A stretch of DNA of 64,000 nucleotides from Octopus vulgaris (lineage: Eukaryota). The DNA lies in contig OX597836.1 of assembly GCA_951406725.2 (NCBI GenBank), forward strand, positions 47,244,001-47,308,000, written 5' to 3'. This document shows positions 13,402-26,479 of the stretch, in pieces. The notes beneath the pieces were generated by a model. That model had not been told where the DNA came from and did not search any database. It was given only the letters and a program-made list of their open reading frames with translations. Positions within the stretch are counted from its first letter, which is position 1. Every line of letters starts with the position of its first letter. A program made the position numbers and the translations under genes.

Positions 13402-13655
13402 GACGGGCTTCTTTCAGTTTCCGTCTACCAAATCCACTCACAAGGCTTTGGTCGGCCCGAGGCTATAGTAGAAGACACTTGTCCAAGATGCCACGCAGTG
13501 GGACTGAACCCAGAACCATGTGGTTGGTAAACAAGCTACTTACCACACAGCCACACCTGCGCCTATGAGAATCTTTTGAGTTGGCTACCTATGAACCCCA
13601 TTCGTCTTTAAACTCCTGGTAAATTTTCTACTAGAACTCTCCTTTGCAATGTGGT

Positions 13656-13725
<70 letters not shown>

Positions 13726-16296
13726 CCTCTACTATTATTTTTTGAAGTATCACAAGTTTTGAGGTCCCTGAAAATATCACTGGTGCCGCACTTCTCACTA
13801 AAAGAGAACAAAAACTATTTATAAGTGGAGTAGGAATTCACCTATCATCTGCAATCCGAAGGTGCTTATATATCATTACAATATTTGAAAGAGAACTTTA
13901 ACGCGGTGATAAATGATACAATGTGGCTTAAGCCCTGATAATATATGTCTTCTGGGTTAATATGAGTCAGGATGAATAACATTAAGAAAATGCAAAGACA
14001 AGTTGAATATTTATTCCACCATTAACAGGAAATACAGCAAACAAGTATAACATGAATAAATCTGTCAAATAGAATACATAATTTCAAAGTGCTTTTTGGG
14101 GATGAAGATGAACGTTGGAAAAACACAAAGCATGGCGTCAAGGAATCCTGCTACGATTCTCTCCTCGTTGAAGCTGAGAAGCGGAATAAAACTGCTCTCG
14201 TGCCGAAGATCCGCCGAGCTCGCTCGTGGCAATCCACCTCACTAAAGAATTAGAAGGAAAAGTTTCCCCTAAATAGCTGATGTTGGCTCATCACATGATG
14301 AGCTAAAATGGGTACCTAAAGGTAAAGAGGCAAAATGCGGATACCTAAAGGTAAAGAGCGAACAGGCTTCTGCTACAGAACCGTCCTCCAACATCTTCCT
14401 TCGCAACATTAACCTACTTTCTTCAGCTTATAACCATACATGGTTCTATGTATATTAGACCCCTTTCATATCTGCATGTTTCCATTCACGAACAAACTAG
14501 AGTCCTGGCACCAAATTCAAAATGCTTCCATGAATAGTGACATCAAAACAATACCCCAAAGCAAGTTGATAAGAAATTGCAACTTCTGTTTTCACCGATC
14601 CCTAACCTCCTACAAATCTTAAATGCTCTCTGCTTTGAGGCGCAGGAGTGGCTGTGTGGTAAGTAGTTTGCTAACTAACCACATGGTTCCGGGTTCAGTC
14701 CCACTGCGTGGCATCTTGGGCAAGTGTCTTCTGCTATAGCCCCGGGCCGACCAATGCCTTGTGAGTGGATTTGGTAGACGGAAACTAAAAGAAGCCTGTC
14801 GTATATATGTATATATATATATATATGTATGTGTGTGTCTGTGTTTGTCCCCCTAGCATTGCTTGACAACCGATGCTGGTGTGTTTACGTCCCCGTCACT
14901 TAGCGTTTCGGCAAAAGAGACCGATAGAATACTGGGCTTACAAAGAATAAGTCCCGGGGTCGATTTGCTCGACTAAAGGCGGTGCTCCAGCATGGCCGCA
15001 GTCAAATGACTGAAACAAGTAAAAGAGTAAAAGAGAAAAGAGTATATATCTAGGAAGATGTCGAACATGCATCCTAAATTTTGTTGATACCTTCCTTCTT
15101 TTTTCACTCTTACTGTGTATCATATCGCATCTCTCAGCCCAAGAACTATACTCGTCTTATGGAATTACTTCTCCAGTCATTGACCGATACATCTTCACCA
15201 GTATCACAGAACATCCAAATGTCATTAGTGCCACCCTTGTTCTTTCTTATAAGAAATCAATAAGCAGAAGGGTTGCATCGCATGAAAAATGACAGGAAAA
15301 ACCAACAAAGCCGTTGCCGTGGTGGTGGTGGATTGATATCGTTAATGGAGTAATGAAGTTTGTGGTGATATAATTAATTGGTGATAATGACGAAATTTGT
15401 GTTGTTTACGATAGTAATTAACGTAATGGTGATAAAAGCGAACTGAGAATGAAAATGATGATAATCAATGGAGATGATGGATATGAAGCAGTGATGTTAA
15501 TATTGCTGTGACACTGGTTATGATATGTTTCATTGAACGAAGAAGCCATCCAAATCGTTTGAATGTAAAGAAAAGTTAACACGTAAACGGTGAATATGTG
15601 ACGTGTTCAGCATCCAATAAACGACCGGTCGGTCGTCTGCTCATTAATGCAACATTACATTAAATGCGTAAGACTTTGTCGAAATCGTTATTATAGCAGA
15701 ATAGCTACTTAACCATACGGGTGATGAAAACACCCAATACTCTTTTCACTTCTTTATCTTATTTTATTCTTTTTTGTCGTGCGACATTCCTTTCGCATTT
15801 TCTAAACCGTATTCATAAGACCTTAATCATTTTGCAGAGAAATTCATGCAAGGTCACCAGATGCATGCATTCATAATGGTGCCGTCTATTTAAGACAACC
15901 ACTGAAAATACTGGCAGATATCTTTCCATCTCTTCCATTCAAATTATCCATAACCATCAATCGAATCAATTTATCATTTTTTTTCTTCTTCAAAACTCGA
16001 AGCAAATAAATACTTTAAATCATCATATTTTCTATATGTTTATTATTGTTGTTTAAATTGCAAAACTCACTCGTTGTATTTGCGGCAGCTTTGCTCTGAT
16101 AACGATGAGGTGGGAAATCTGATTCAGACGAAGGAATGTGGAGGACGAAGGAGGTGGTGAAGGATGTTGGGAGGATGAAGATGAAGGATGGGGGAAAAAG
16201 AGTTGAGGATGACAACGATAATTGTTATTGTTCGGGAATTTTGCTTCAGTTCTCCGAATTTCTGACTCGCACTCACTATCTCATTTTTTTCTTTCT

Positions 16297-16573
16297 CTGT
16301 CTCTCTCTCTCTCTCTCTCCCTCCACTTCCTCCTCCTCCTTCTCTCTTCTCTCTTTTTCCGCAATCTCTCTCTCTCTCTCTCTCTCCATCCTTCTTCTCT
16401 CTTCTCCTCTCTTTCTCTCTCTTTCTCTCTCTTTCTCTCTCTTTCTCTCTCTTTCTCTCTCTCCCTCCCTCTCTCTCTCTCTTCCTCTCTCTCTCTCTCC
16501 GCTTCTCTCTTCTCCTCTCTTTTCTCTCTCTCTTTCTCTCTCTCCCTCTCACTCTCTCTCTTTCTCTCTCCCT

Positions 16574-16607
<34 letters not shown>
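16297..16607. repeat. (CT)n-rich polypyrimidine tract
   Basis: Direct sequence. Confidence 0.95.
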
Positions 16608-17502
16608 AACAAGCTCCCTGGCTAATCGTGACACCAGCGCCTGCTCTGGCATTGTTTTTCTATTCATCGCTGACGGAGAGAAGAGTCACTGCTAAATATG
16701 ACGGTCGAGCATCCATCATAGACGAGACCCATGAAGGTCGAAATCGCGTGATCTGGTGGTCTCTGCGCTGGAGATGGCAGGGATTTATCTCTCCGCTGGC
16801 GGCATAAACAAGAATTTTACACCAGAATCCAATATGATATTTCAGTATTAATACTACTTCTGTCACTTATCTTTGTTTTATATGCACACAGTTCTCCACT
16901 TTGCTAGTGTCTATCTTAAAATTTTCTGCCATTTTGTAATCTGTCCTGTTCAGTAATATTCTTATCACCGCAGCCTACTTGTAACAATAACTTTATTTGT
17001 CTACAAATAGCGTAGCTTTCGTCACCCCAGGGACGTGTTACGTCAAAGAATGTAGGAACGTTGAGAACCTGCGTTAGAAACTAAACTCAATACAGGATCG
17101 CTTAAGCAGATCGAGATAAGGACCGCATATTCTTTATATCATATTTTACCGTCTTGAAGAAGTCGATATATTAGATAATGACAGCCTAGACAAACTATAT
17201 CTGGACAAAAATAAGGGATTGTTATATCTCTTCTCGATCAAAAGGCTAAATTACAGTATATTACGCACGCGCGCGCACATATTCATAATGGTTTCAAATT
17301 TTGGCACAAGGCCAGGAACATTGGTGGAGGGCGCAAGTCGATTGCATCAACCTCAGTGTTCAACTGGTACTTATTTTATCGACCCCGAAAGGATTAAAGG
17401 TAAAGCCGACCTCGGTGGAATTTGAACTCAGAACACAAAGACGGACGACATGCTGCTAAGCATCTTGCCCGGCGTGCTAACGGTTCTGCCAGCTCACCCA
17501 CT

Positions 17503-17515
17503 TAATAATAATAAT

Positions 17516-17607
<92 letters not shown>

Positions 17608-17624
17608 TAATAATGATAATAATG

Positions 17625-17688
<64 letters not shown>
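17503..17688. repeat. (AAC)n/(AAT)n microsatellite abutting the Dong RT fragment
   Basis: Direct sequence. Confidence 0.97.
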
Positions 17689-19045
17689 GGAAATCAGCAA
17701 AAAATGGCCAACTGGAAGGCCCCGGGACCAGATGAAGTTCAAGGCTACTGGATTAAAAGATTTGGTGAAAGTCATGCACGAACAGCTGTACAACTCAACA
17801 CCTTGTTAAAACACCAGAGCAGTTGACATTGGGTAGGACAGGGCTGTTCTTGAAAAACATTGAAAACGGCAATACAGTAGACAATTACAGGCCGATATTC
17901 TGTTTGCCACTTATGTGGAAGTTATTGACTGGAATATTCACAGAGTCAATGTACGAACATCTAGAAAAAAAATGGAGTCCTGCCACATGACCAGAAGGGT
18001 TGCAAGCGTAAGTGCAGAGGTACCAAGGATCAACTTCTGATAGACAAAACCGTACTTAGAGACTGCAAGAGGCGGAAAAGTAACTTAGCCATGTCATGGA
18101 TCAACTATCGTAAGGCGTACGATATGATCCCACATTCTTGGATTATGGAATGTATGAACCTATTTGGTATTGCATCGAATGTTGAGCGATTGCTTGGAAA
18201 AAGTATGGTGAAGTGGAGGACGGAACTGACAGCATATGGAAGAAGTTTAAGGACAGTAGAAATTAGGAGATGCATTTTCCAAGGAGACTGCCTGTCCCCA
18301 CTGATCTTTGTACTGTGCTTGATACCACTAACACTGATTCTGAGGAAAGCAAAAGCTGGGTGTGTATTCAAAAACCACCAACCATTTGTTATTCATGGAT
18401 GACCTCAAACTTTATGGTAAAGATGGATCCCAAGTCAGTTCCCTCGTTGATACGGTGTATACCTTCAGTGCTGATATCAGATTGGAGTTCGGACTGAGAA
18501 AGTGTGTTATGTTAGTCTTGAAGGTAGGCAAAATCAATTGTATGGACGGGCTAGCGATACCGTCAGGAGAGGTTATGAAGCAGATGGAAGAAACGGAAGT
18601 ACTTGGTGATATCGGAAATGGATAAATTGATGGAGAAAGAAATATCAGAAAAATTTAAGGTGGAGCACTTGCGCAGACTGAGACTGATCCTTAATTCAAA
18701 ATTAAATGGACGGAATAAGATGGAAGCTATCAACACCTGAGCGGTTTCACTCCTTAGTTATGGAGGAGGAGTAATCGCATGAACAATAGACGAACTAAAC
18801 AGCTTAGACAGAAAGACAAGGAAGTTGCTGACTAGATATGAGATACTCCACCGAAAAAGTGACACAGACACACTGTATGTACCAAGAAAAAGAGGGGGAA
18901 GAGGACTTATTGGATGCGAACACAGCATTAGAGCAGAAGAAAACAACATAGCATGGAATGTAAAAAATTTCACAGAACCGTTATTATTGGAAGGTCGGGC
19001 TTGTGTAGGCTGGAAGATTGCTAAGATAAAGCACTGTACAAGGAC
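17689..19045 (+). mobile_element. Degraded R4/Dong-clade reverse transcriptase fragment
   Basis: [68 protein letters not shown]; several frameshifts. Confidence 0.88.
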
Positions 19046-21715
19046 TTGAGATTGACTAGATAAGGCCAGAATAGAAGGGCAACTAGTTGAGGACCTAGAG
19101 GAGGCGTTGAGGTTGGGCTCCGCATCTCACATTTTGGCAGCGAGAACGGCCTTGGACCGTCACCTCAAAGCCAAACATGAGGGGTGTAGAGTTCGGGCTA
19201 AAGTGCGAGCATTGGACCGTGAGGGAATTAATGTTGCCGGATGGGCCCGTACGGTAGAAACACAGCGTGGCAATGATGCCACAATTAGATCTCTCGTGGA
19301 TGACAATGGGTGTTCGTTCGATGGACGGGACGAGATGTGTGTGGCGATTCACAAGCACTTTGCCGAGTTGTTTGGGAATGGTGGGATGCTGGATCGTGGC
19401 GAGGCCCTTAGGGACTTCCTGTCTGGTTGCCTGCGTCTCTCGGCACAAGAGGCTGAGTGCTGTGAAGGGCCAATCACGGCCGAGGAGGTGATCGAGGTAC
19501 TGGGCGAATGCCCCGGGGAGAAGTCGCCGGGTCTCGATGGTCTGCCTTACGAATTTTACAAAATATGCCAGACTTGTTCGGGCACCTGCTGGCCAGCGTC
19601 TATGCCATTTGGCAGCAGAATGGGAGAATTCCCAAGTCTGCGAGCCGGGGAGTGGTGACATTGATCAGGAAGGACCCGAGCAAGGGGGACGAGATAGGAA
19701 ACTTCAGGTCCATAACTCTGCTGAACACAGAGTTAAAGATTTTGGCTAAGGTGCTAGCGAAAAGGTTGGCACGAGTCGTGGACAAACTTGTCGGGGAAGT
19801 GCAACCGTGCGCTATCCCGGGCAGGACGATCCACGACAATATCCACCTTATACGCTACTCCTTAGAGAGGGTGGGGAACTTAGGCATTCGATAGGGTCGA
19901 CTATCGGTACTTGGCGGCGGTCCTCGCGAAGGCTGGCCTGGGCCCGACCTTCCGCGGTTGGGTTGCTGCGTTGTACAACGAGATCGAGTCCGTCGTAAAA
20001 GTGAATGGTTTCTTTTCGAAGCTATTCAGGATCGAGCGCTCAGTGTGTCAGGGGTGTCCCCTGTCCTCGCTTTTGTATGTACTGGCTTCGAGCCATTATT
20101 GCGGAAGTTGGAGGCACTAGGGGGCACACCGCATGCTCTATGGTGTGGAAGAGGAGCTACGGCGTATGCGGATGACATCTCCGTCATCGTGGCGGATGAG
20201 GGCCAGCTTACAGTGGTGGAAGAGGCTATCAAAAGTTACGAGGCGGTGGCAGGAGCAAAGGTTAACAAGGACAAGTCAATTGGTTTGCAACTCGGCACCT
20301 GGAGGGGCAAGCCGATGCCGTCCAATAACGTCGTGGGGCGCTGGACGGAAGGTCCTGTTAAGCTACTCGGAGTCTGGTTCGGGTCAGACCTCCAGATAGA
20401 GAAAAATTGGAGTGAGGTGGCCAGCAGGGTGACTGCTCTAACCCAGACCTGGTCTGGGCGGGCGTTATCCTTGCTAGGAAAGGCGGAGGTGGTGCAGATG
20501 TTTATAGCATCGGTTATCACCTACCGTCTGACTGTGGTGCCTTGCCCCGATTTGTGGCTGAACAAGTTGGAGAGAATCCTTTTCCGCTTTTTGTGGAAGG
20601 GAGGAAAGCCACTTGTGAAGCGCTCTGTCTGCTGCCAGAAACCGCTAAAGTGTGGGCTAGGGATGCCTCGGCTGAAGATGCGAAAATTCGCGTTAAGGTT
20701 GAGGCACCTCTGGCTTTACCTGGATGGAGAGCAGGTGTGGTCACTGAATGTTCGGTTCTTCCTTCCGCAATTAACGTCCTTAACGGACAATGGTAATTGG
20801 ATCAAGACCTAGGATGGGGGACTGGCAATTGGAGTGTCACCAGACACTTCAGCTACTCTCTTGGGCGGGCAATGCCGGCAGTAGGAGTTCCACCGCGGAT
20901 TTCTATAGTGGGTTAGTGGAGGTTAAGTCCGAAGACACCTTGGGGGAGACCCTAGGCTACGATAAAAATCAGTTAATCAACCAGTCCCGGAGAACTTTCG
21001 GGCCGGGGTATCTGGACAATTACCAGAAATCTCTGGTTTGGCAGTGCTTCCGTGCGGCGTTACTTGTTCGTGATAAACTGTCAAGACACGGAAGTGCCGT
21101 CTCGCCGACATGTCCGAGGTGCGGGCAGGACTGGGAAATCGTCTTGCACGCATTTGTGGAGTGTTCAGAATTAACGAGACTGATAGTTTTTTCAGAGCAA
21201 CTGTTGTCATCGATGGGAAGAGTACAGCTATCAGCTGAATCTACAATCGAGATTGTGCCGCATCCTTCCCTTAACAGAGAAAAGAAGGCTTGCTTTTTCT
21301 GCATGGTAACCATACTGAAAGAAACAGCATGGAAGACGCGTGTGAGAGGCATAGTGTCGGGTACCTTTATATCCGACCAGGAGTTGGTTAACTTTTTTAG
21401 TTACCACCTCAGTAATAAGATCAGGCTAGAAAAAAGGTACCTGTCACAAGACAGATTCATGAGGAGATGGAAGCCTGTGGCGAGGAAGCTGGGAGTGTTT
21501 GGCACCAGGTAAGTGGAAGCCAAAAACAGGAAAGAAAAGGCAAGGGGTCTACCCCGGTGGTCGGATGCCTATCCTTCAGAGGAGCCATTGCAAATTTCAT
21601 TTGTAATGAGCAACGCTTAAGTCAAAAATTATAAACATATTAATTAAATTATTGTATTTTTAAATTGCAAATATTTAATCGCTACAGCTACTTCACCCTT
21701 TTATGTTTGTCTGCC
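19046..21715 (+). mobile_element. 5'-truncated L1/Tx1-clade LINE ORF2 (RT + C-terminal CCHC) with 3' UTR; frameshifted
   Basis: KSPGLDGLPYEFY, NFRSITLLNTELKILAKVLA, QGCPLS, AYADDI, KLLGVW, GLG.P, CPRCG...H...C; stop at 21512; GC-rich block. Confidence 0.9.
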
Positions 21716-22392
21716 CTTGCAGAAATTGAAGAAAAGCAACAACAAATATCTTACAAACTATAGAATTTTCTCAATAAAGCCAAGAGAAAAAGATGTTTTA
21801 TAAATACACTAGCAGTATCGCCCGGCGTTGCTCGGGTTTGTAAGGGAAATAACTATATAAGCATTTTTAGAGAGTTACTTCCCTTATATAATAGCCAAAA
21901 ATGCATTAAAAATGGGAAAGAATTATGGTAAATTTTTTTTTTAATCGTAGACTCATCGTAGACTCGATATGAATCACAACTATAAGATACCCGGTTTTGG
22001 TTAAACTGCACCGCAAAATGTGGGAGTAGTTAGGAATCTAAATCGTAGGAGACAAACACACAACTTCACTTTTATATATAAAGATTCTACCAGTATACGA
22101 AGTTTAACATTTTTTAGTTTTTTTTTTTTTTTTTTTTGTACTTGTTTCAGTCATTTGACTGCGGCCATGCTGGAGCACCGCCTTTTGAGTACAGCAGGGA
22201 TCACCACCTCCTGCCGGAGCCTCGTGGAGCTTTTAGGTGTTTTCGCTCAATAAACACACACAACGCCCGGTCTGGGAATCGAAACCGCGATCCTCCGACC
22301 GCAAGTCCGCTGCCCTAACCACTAGGCCATTGCGCCTCCACAAAGTTACCTAGACATTATGTTAAAAACTGCCGTTCAAACCGAGAAGATCC
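21716..22392 (+). mobile_element. Right part of a Merlin-like MITE with nested Helitron and SINE fragments
   Basis: Matches 6139-6312 in three pieces; ends in TIR ...CAAACCGAGAAGATCC. Confidence 0.8.
21809..22084 (-). mobile_element. Non-autonomous Helitron
   Basis: Minus strand begins TC and ends with hairpin CCCGAGCAACGCCGGG...CTAG; inserted between A and T of the MITE with no TSD. Confidence 0.85.
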
Positions 22393-23619
22393 TAGCTTTC
22401 TAAGTATCAGAGAAATTGTATCGTAAATAACTGAAATGGCGAATCATTTGTCGCTTTTCATTTTCCTGTTGCACGTGAAAAATGGACAATTTCAGAGAAA
22501 TAAATCAGATAAGAAATTAATGGCATCAACTGGTATTGTTTCGTTTATCTGATCGCAAACTGCATTTTCTTCTGGTTTGGGTTTTGCTTTTGTTTTCTGT
22601 TTGTTTTTCGTTTTGTTTGGTTTTTTCTACCTAGAAAGAAACGCCTGAAAATACATGCATTCACCAGGTAGTCATATATGCATGTACGGCTCTGCTCGTG
22701 TGAGTGTGCGTGTGTGTATGCGTATGCATATGTGTGGTTACATACTTACATATGCACAAAAATGACGTAAGACAAACTATTCAACTATGAAAGTAGTAAT
22801 TCACCACAGCTTTTACTAATACTTCTGGAATGATTCACAAAATGCCTTGTAATTGTAATTTTCTAATTAGCCTCGTCCCCAATAATTGTTGGATTAAATC
22901 TATAGAACTGTTGGAGTAATGGCAAAATTCTCATTAGTTAACCACATATATATATATATGGTTAACTAATGAGAGATAGGGAGGGAGAAAGAGAGAGAGA
23001 GGAATTAACGAAGATGGAAGTTGTGCAATCGTTACGATACACCTTAGGTGTAGAATGCGCCTCCTCAGGTGATTGTTTAAATAAGTTCTTCGTTAGATCC
23101 TCTCGTCATTTCACTCAATTTGATGTAAGATAATGGTGATTGCACAACATTTCCCTAATCTGCTACAGGTGAGAGAATGCGTCGAAAGAATTGTAGTGAT
23201 TCCTAAATAAAGAATGTCGTTAGTTTCCTTCTCTTTCATTTGGCTATTTATATAAACTCTACGAGTTCTATGGAATCCCTGATGTGTGTCCAGTAGAAAT
23301 AGCATTTCCACTGTATAATGAAATCAAATAACCGATAATTGTGGGCGAGCTTTGCACACCATTCTACCAAGTTTTTAACCAAATCTCAATTAACTTAGTC
23401 TTTTTTTTTTTTCTTTTTTACTTGTTTCAGTCATTTTACTGCGGCCATGCTGGAGCACCGTCTTTAGTCGAGCAAATCGACCCCGGGACTTATTCTTTGT
23501 AAGCCCAGTACTTATTCTATCGGTCTCTTTTGCCGAACCGCTATGTTACGGGGACATAAACACACCAGCATCGGTTGTCAAGCAATGCTAGAGGGACAAA
23601 CACAGACACACAAACATAT

Positions 23620-23650
<31 letters not shown>

Positions 23651-23844
23651 CGACAGGCTTCTTTCAGTTTCCATCTACCAAATCCACTCGCAAGGCTTTG
23701 GTCGGCCCGAGGCTATAATAGAAGACACTTGCCCAAGGTGCCACGTAATGGGACTGAACCCAGAACCATGTGGCTGGTTAGCAAGCTACTTACCACACAG
23801 CCACTCCTGCGCCTATATATAATATATATAATATATATAATATA

Positions 23845-25066
23845 CGAGGGATGTTCAATAAGTAATGCCTCTGACCCACTTGCAGTGCAATAATCTATAT
23901 CTCTATAGAGTAAGTGGCAAATTACAGCTCTGAATTAATTGTGGTTTCTGATTTACAGGTGTTTGAACCGAGTCAAGTCAAGTGTGAAATGGAGCCTGTT
24001 GAGTGTCGAGCAGTGATCCGGTTTTTGTATTTGAAAGGACGCACACCACGGGAGACTTTTGATGAAATGAAAGTAACTTATGGTGATGATGCCCCATCAT
24101 ATGACCTTGTAAAACGCTGGCATCGTGAATTCAAACATGGTCGGAACTCTGTGGAAACAGCTCCCAGATCTGGTCGCCCCTTCTGCCATTGATGAGGCAT
24201 CTGTCCGTCAAGTTGAGGCTGCCATTTTGGAAGATCGACGCATAATTATTCGCCAAATAGCCCATGAGGTCAAGATTAGTACCGGGTCTGTGGAAACTAT
24301 CATTCATGACCATTTGCATGACCATTTGCATGTGCAAAAGGAGTGCTCGAGGGTGAATTTGGAGATGTGCCAAGAAGATGAGTCAAAATTTTTCAAAAGA
24401 CTGATTACACAGGATGAAACCTGGGTCCATCACGATGATCCAGAGACCAAAGCCCAGTCAATGCAGTGGAAGCACCGTGACTCACCCCCTCCAAAGAAGG
24501 CAAGGGTGCAGCCCTCCGCTGGCAAGGTCATGCTCACAGTCTTCTGGGACCAGGACGGAGTAGTGATGACAGATTTCTTGGCAAAGGGTACCACAATTGC
24601 AGGAGCCTATTATGCTTCACTTTTGAGGAAATTAAGAGAAGTTATCAAAATCAAGAGGCGGGGCAAGATCAGCAAAGGCATCCTCCTCCTGCAGGACAAC
24701 GCTCCGGTCCACAACTCGCTTGTCGCCAGATCAGAAGCACAGGCGTATGGCTATGAACTCCTCCCCCATTCCCCAACTTTCCTGACCTTGCACCCTCTGA
24801 TTTTCACCTCTTCCCAGTCATGAAGTTGTTTTTGAAAGGAAAGCGTTTCCCGGATGATGCAGCCTTGATTTCTGAAGTCACGTTCTGGTTGGAGGACCAA
24901 GCTGGGGTCTTCTACAAAAACGGTCTCCAGAGCTGCATCAAACAATGGGAGAAATGCGTAACTCTGGGTGGTTCCTATGTAGAAAAAGACTAATAACTGT
25001 GCCAAGTTTCGTTGCTCTACTGCTATGGGAAGTGGGTCAGGGGCATTACTTATTGAACGCCCCTCG
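23845..25066 (+). mobile_element. Mariner transposon with intact ends and a defective transposase
   Basis: About 37-bp TIRs (CGAGGGATGTTCAATAAGTAATGCC / GGCATTACTTATTGAACGCCCCTCG), TA TSD; transposase 23989-24993 with HTH, QDETW, LLLQDNAP and a frameshifted SPDLAP-type motif; WVP segment deleted. Confidence 0.95.
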
Positions 25067-25466
25067 TATATAACTATATATAATTTATTTCTTAAATAAC
25101 AAATTTTTCCTTCTCAAGCCAAACCAGGTTCATAACGGCCGGTTTCCCGGTTTCAGTGACGTATATATTCCCCACCTGGACGGGACGCCGATCCATCGCA
25201 GGATTACTCACTTTTGCCAGCTGAGCGGACTGGAGCAATGTGAAATGAAGTGTTTTGCCCACAATAAGTGTGTTCTTTCTCGGAGATTTTAAGGTATTAA
25301 AAAATGAGTTTAACATCTGTTTTTAGCAGCGCGTGGTGATGCTTTAAGGTTACCACTGGTTATAAATTATGTATATAAAAATAAAACAATTCGTAAAATT
25401 TACCTAAAAGGTAAATTTCTGCACTGGCTACTTGATAAAATCATTATTGATTTTACCTTTTATGAT

Positions 25467-25518
<52 letters not shown>

Positions 25519-25751
25519 TTGTATGTATGTATGTATGTATGTATGTATGTATGTATGTATGTATGTATGTATGTATGTGTGTATATATATATTTCTATAT
25601 GTACACATATATGCATGTATATATGTATACGTATATGTACATATATACATATATGTACATATATATATATAACAAAGTGGAGTTGTAAGGTACCGCACGA
25701 GTGGAAATATATATGAAAGAAAGTTTGAAAGTGCAATTTTAAAGATGTTTA

Positions 25752-25798
25752 TTCACTTGACCGGTTTCACTTTTTTAGAAAAAGATTGTCAAAAGTAA
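25752..25798 (-). ncRNA. Degenerate hammerhead-like relic
   Basis: Minus strand: ttactt-TTGACAA-stem-GAAA-ccgg-TC-aagtga; palindromic stem III. Confidence 0.45.
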
Positions 25799-26227
25799 AA
25801 TGTAAAAGCTTTGTATAAGCTTTGTTGTGTTAAGTCCTGGTTGTCACAAAAGTATTATAAAACAGAAATACATTCTTTGATAATAATAATAAGAAAATGT
25901 TAAAAACAGTTTACAAGGAAATATCTTGAGAAAATATTAAACAAAAAGTATAAAAATCATGTTTCATAGTATATATATATATATATATATATACACACAG
26001 GAGATATATTTAGGAGTCTACAAAGAATTTGAGATGAACTGACCTGTTTTAGCAATTTTTTAAATTTTGTGTGAAGCTAAGGGTTGTTTGTTATTTTAAG
26101 GGACAGTGTGGGAGGTTGGTTGGGGTGGGGGAAGGAAGACAAATGTGGAATTGAAAGGAGTTTTTTTGTTTGTTTCTGGGCTAGTCTGTCATATATATAT
26201 ATATATAATAATATATATATATATATA

Positions 26228-26275
<48 letters not shown>

Positions 26276-26277
<2 letters not shown>

Positions 26278-26440
26278 GGGAGTATAATTCCAAACTTACA
26301 GGGAAAAATTCAATTTAGTATTAAATCAAATTTCACAGTATATATATATAAAATATGAATTATGCAACTCAAACAGTGATAGACATAAACCAATACATAA
26401 ATAACAAATAATATATATAATTAATATAATATATGATATT

Positions 26441-26479
<39 letters not shown>

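Noticed and set aside
14080-14638. Possible degraded LINE RT tail with a short tandem duplication (14310-14360)
   Set aside because: Similarity too weak to support by eye.
19095-21352. Minus-strand ORFs over the GC-rich block
   Set aside because: Antisense shadows of the LINE ORF2.
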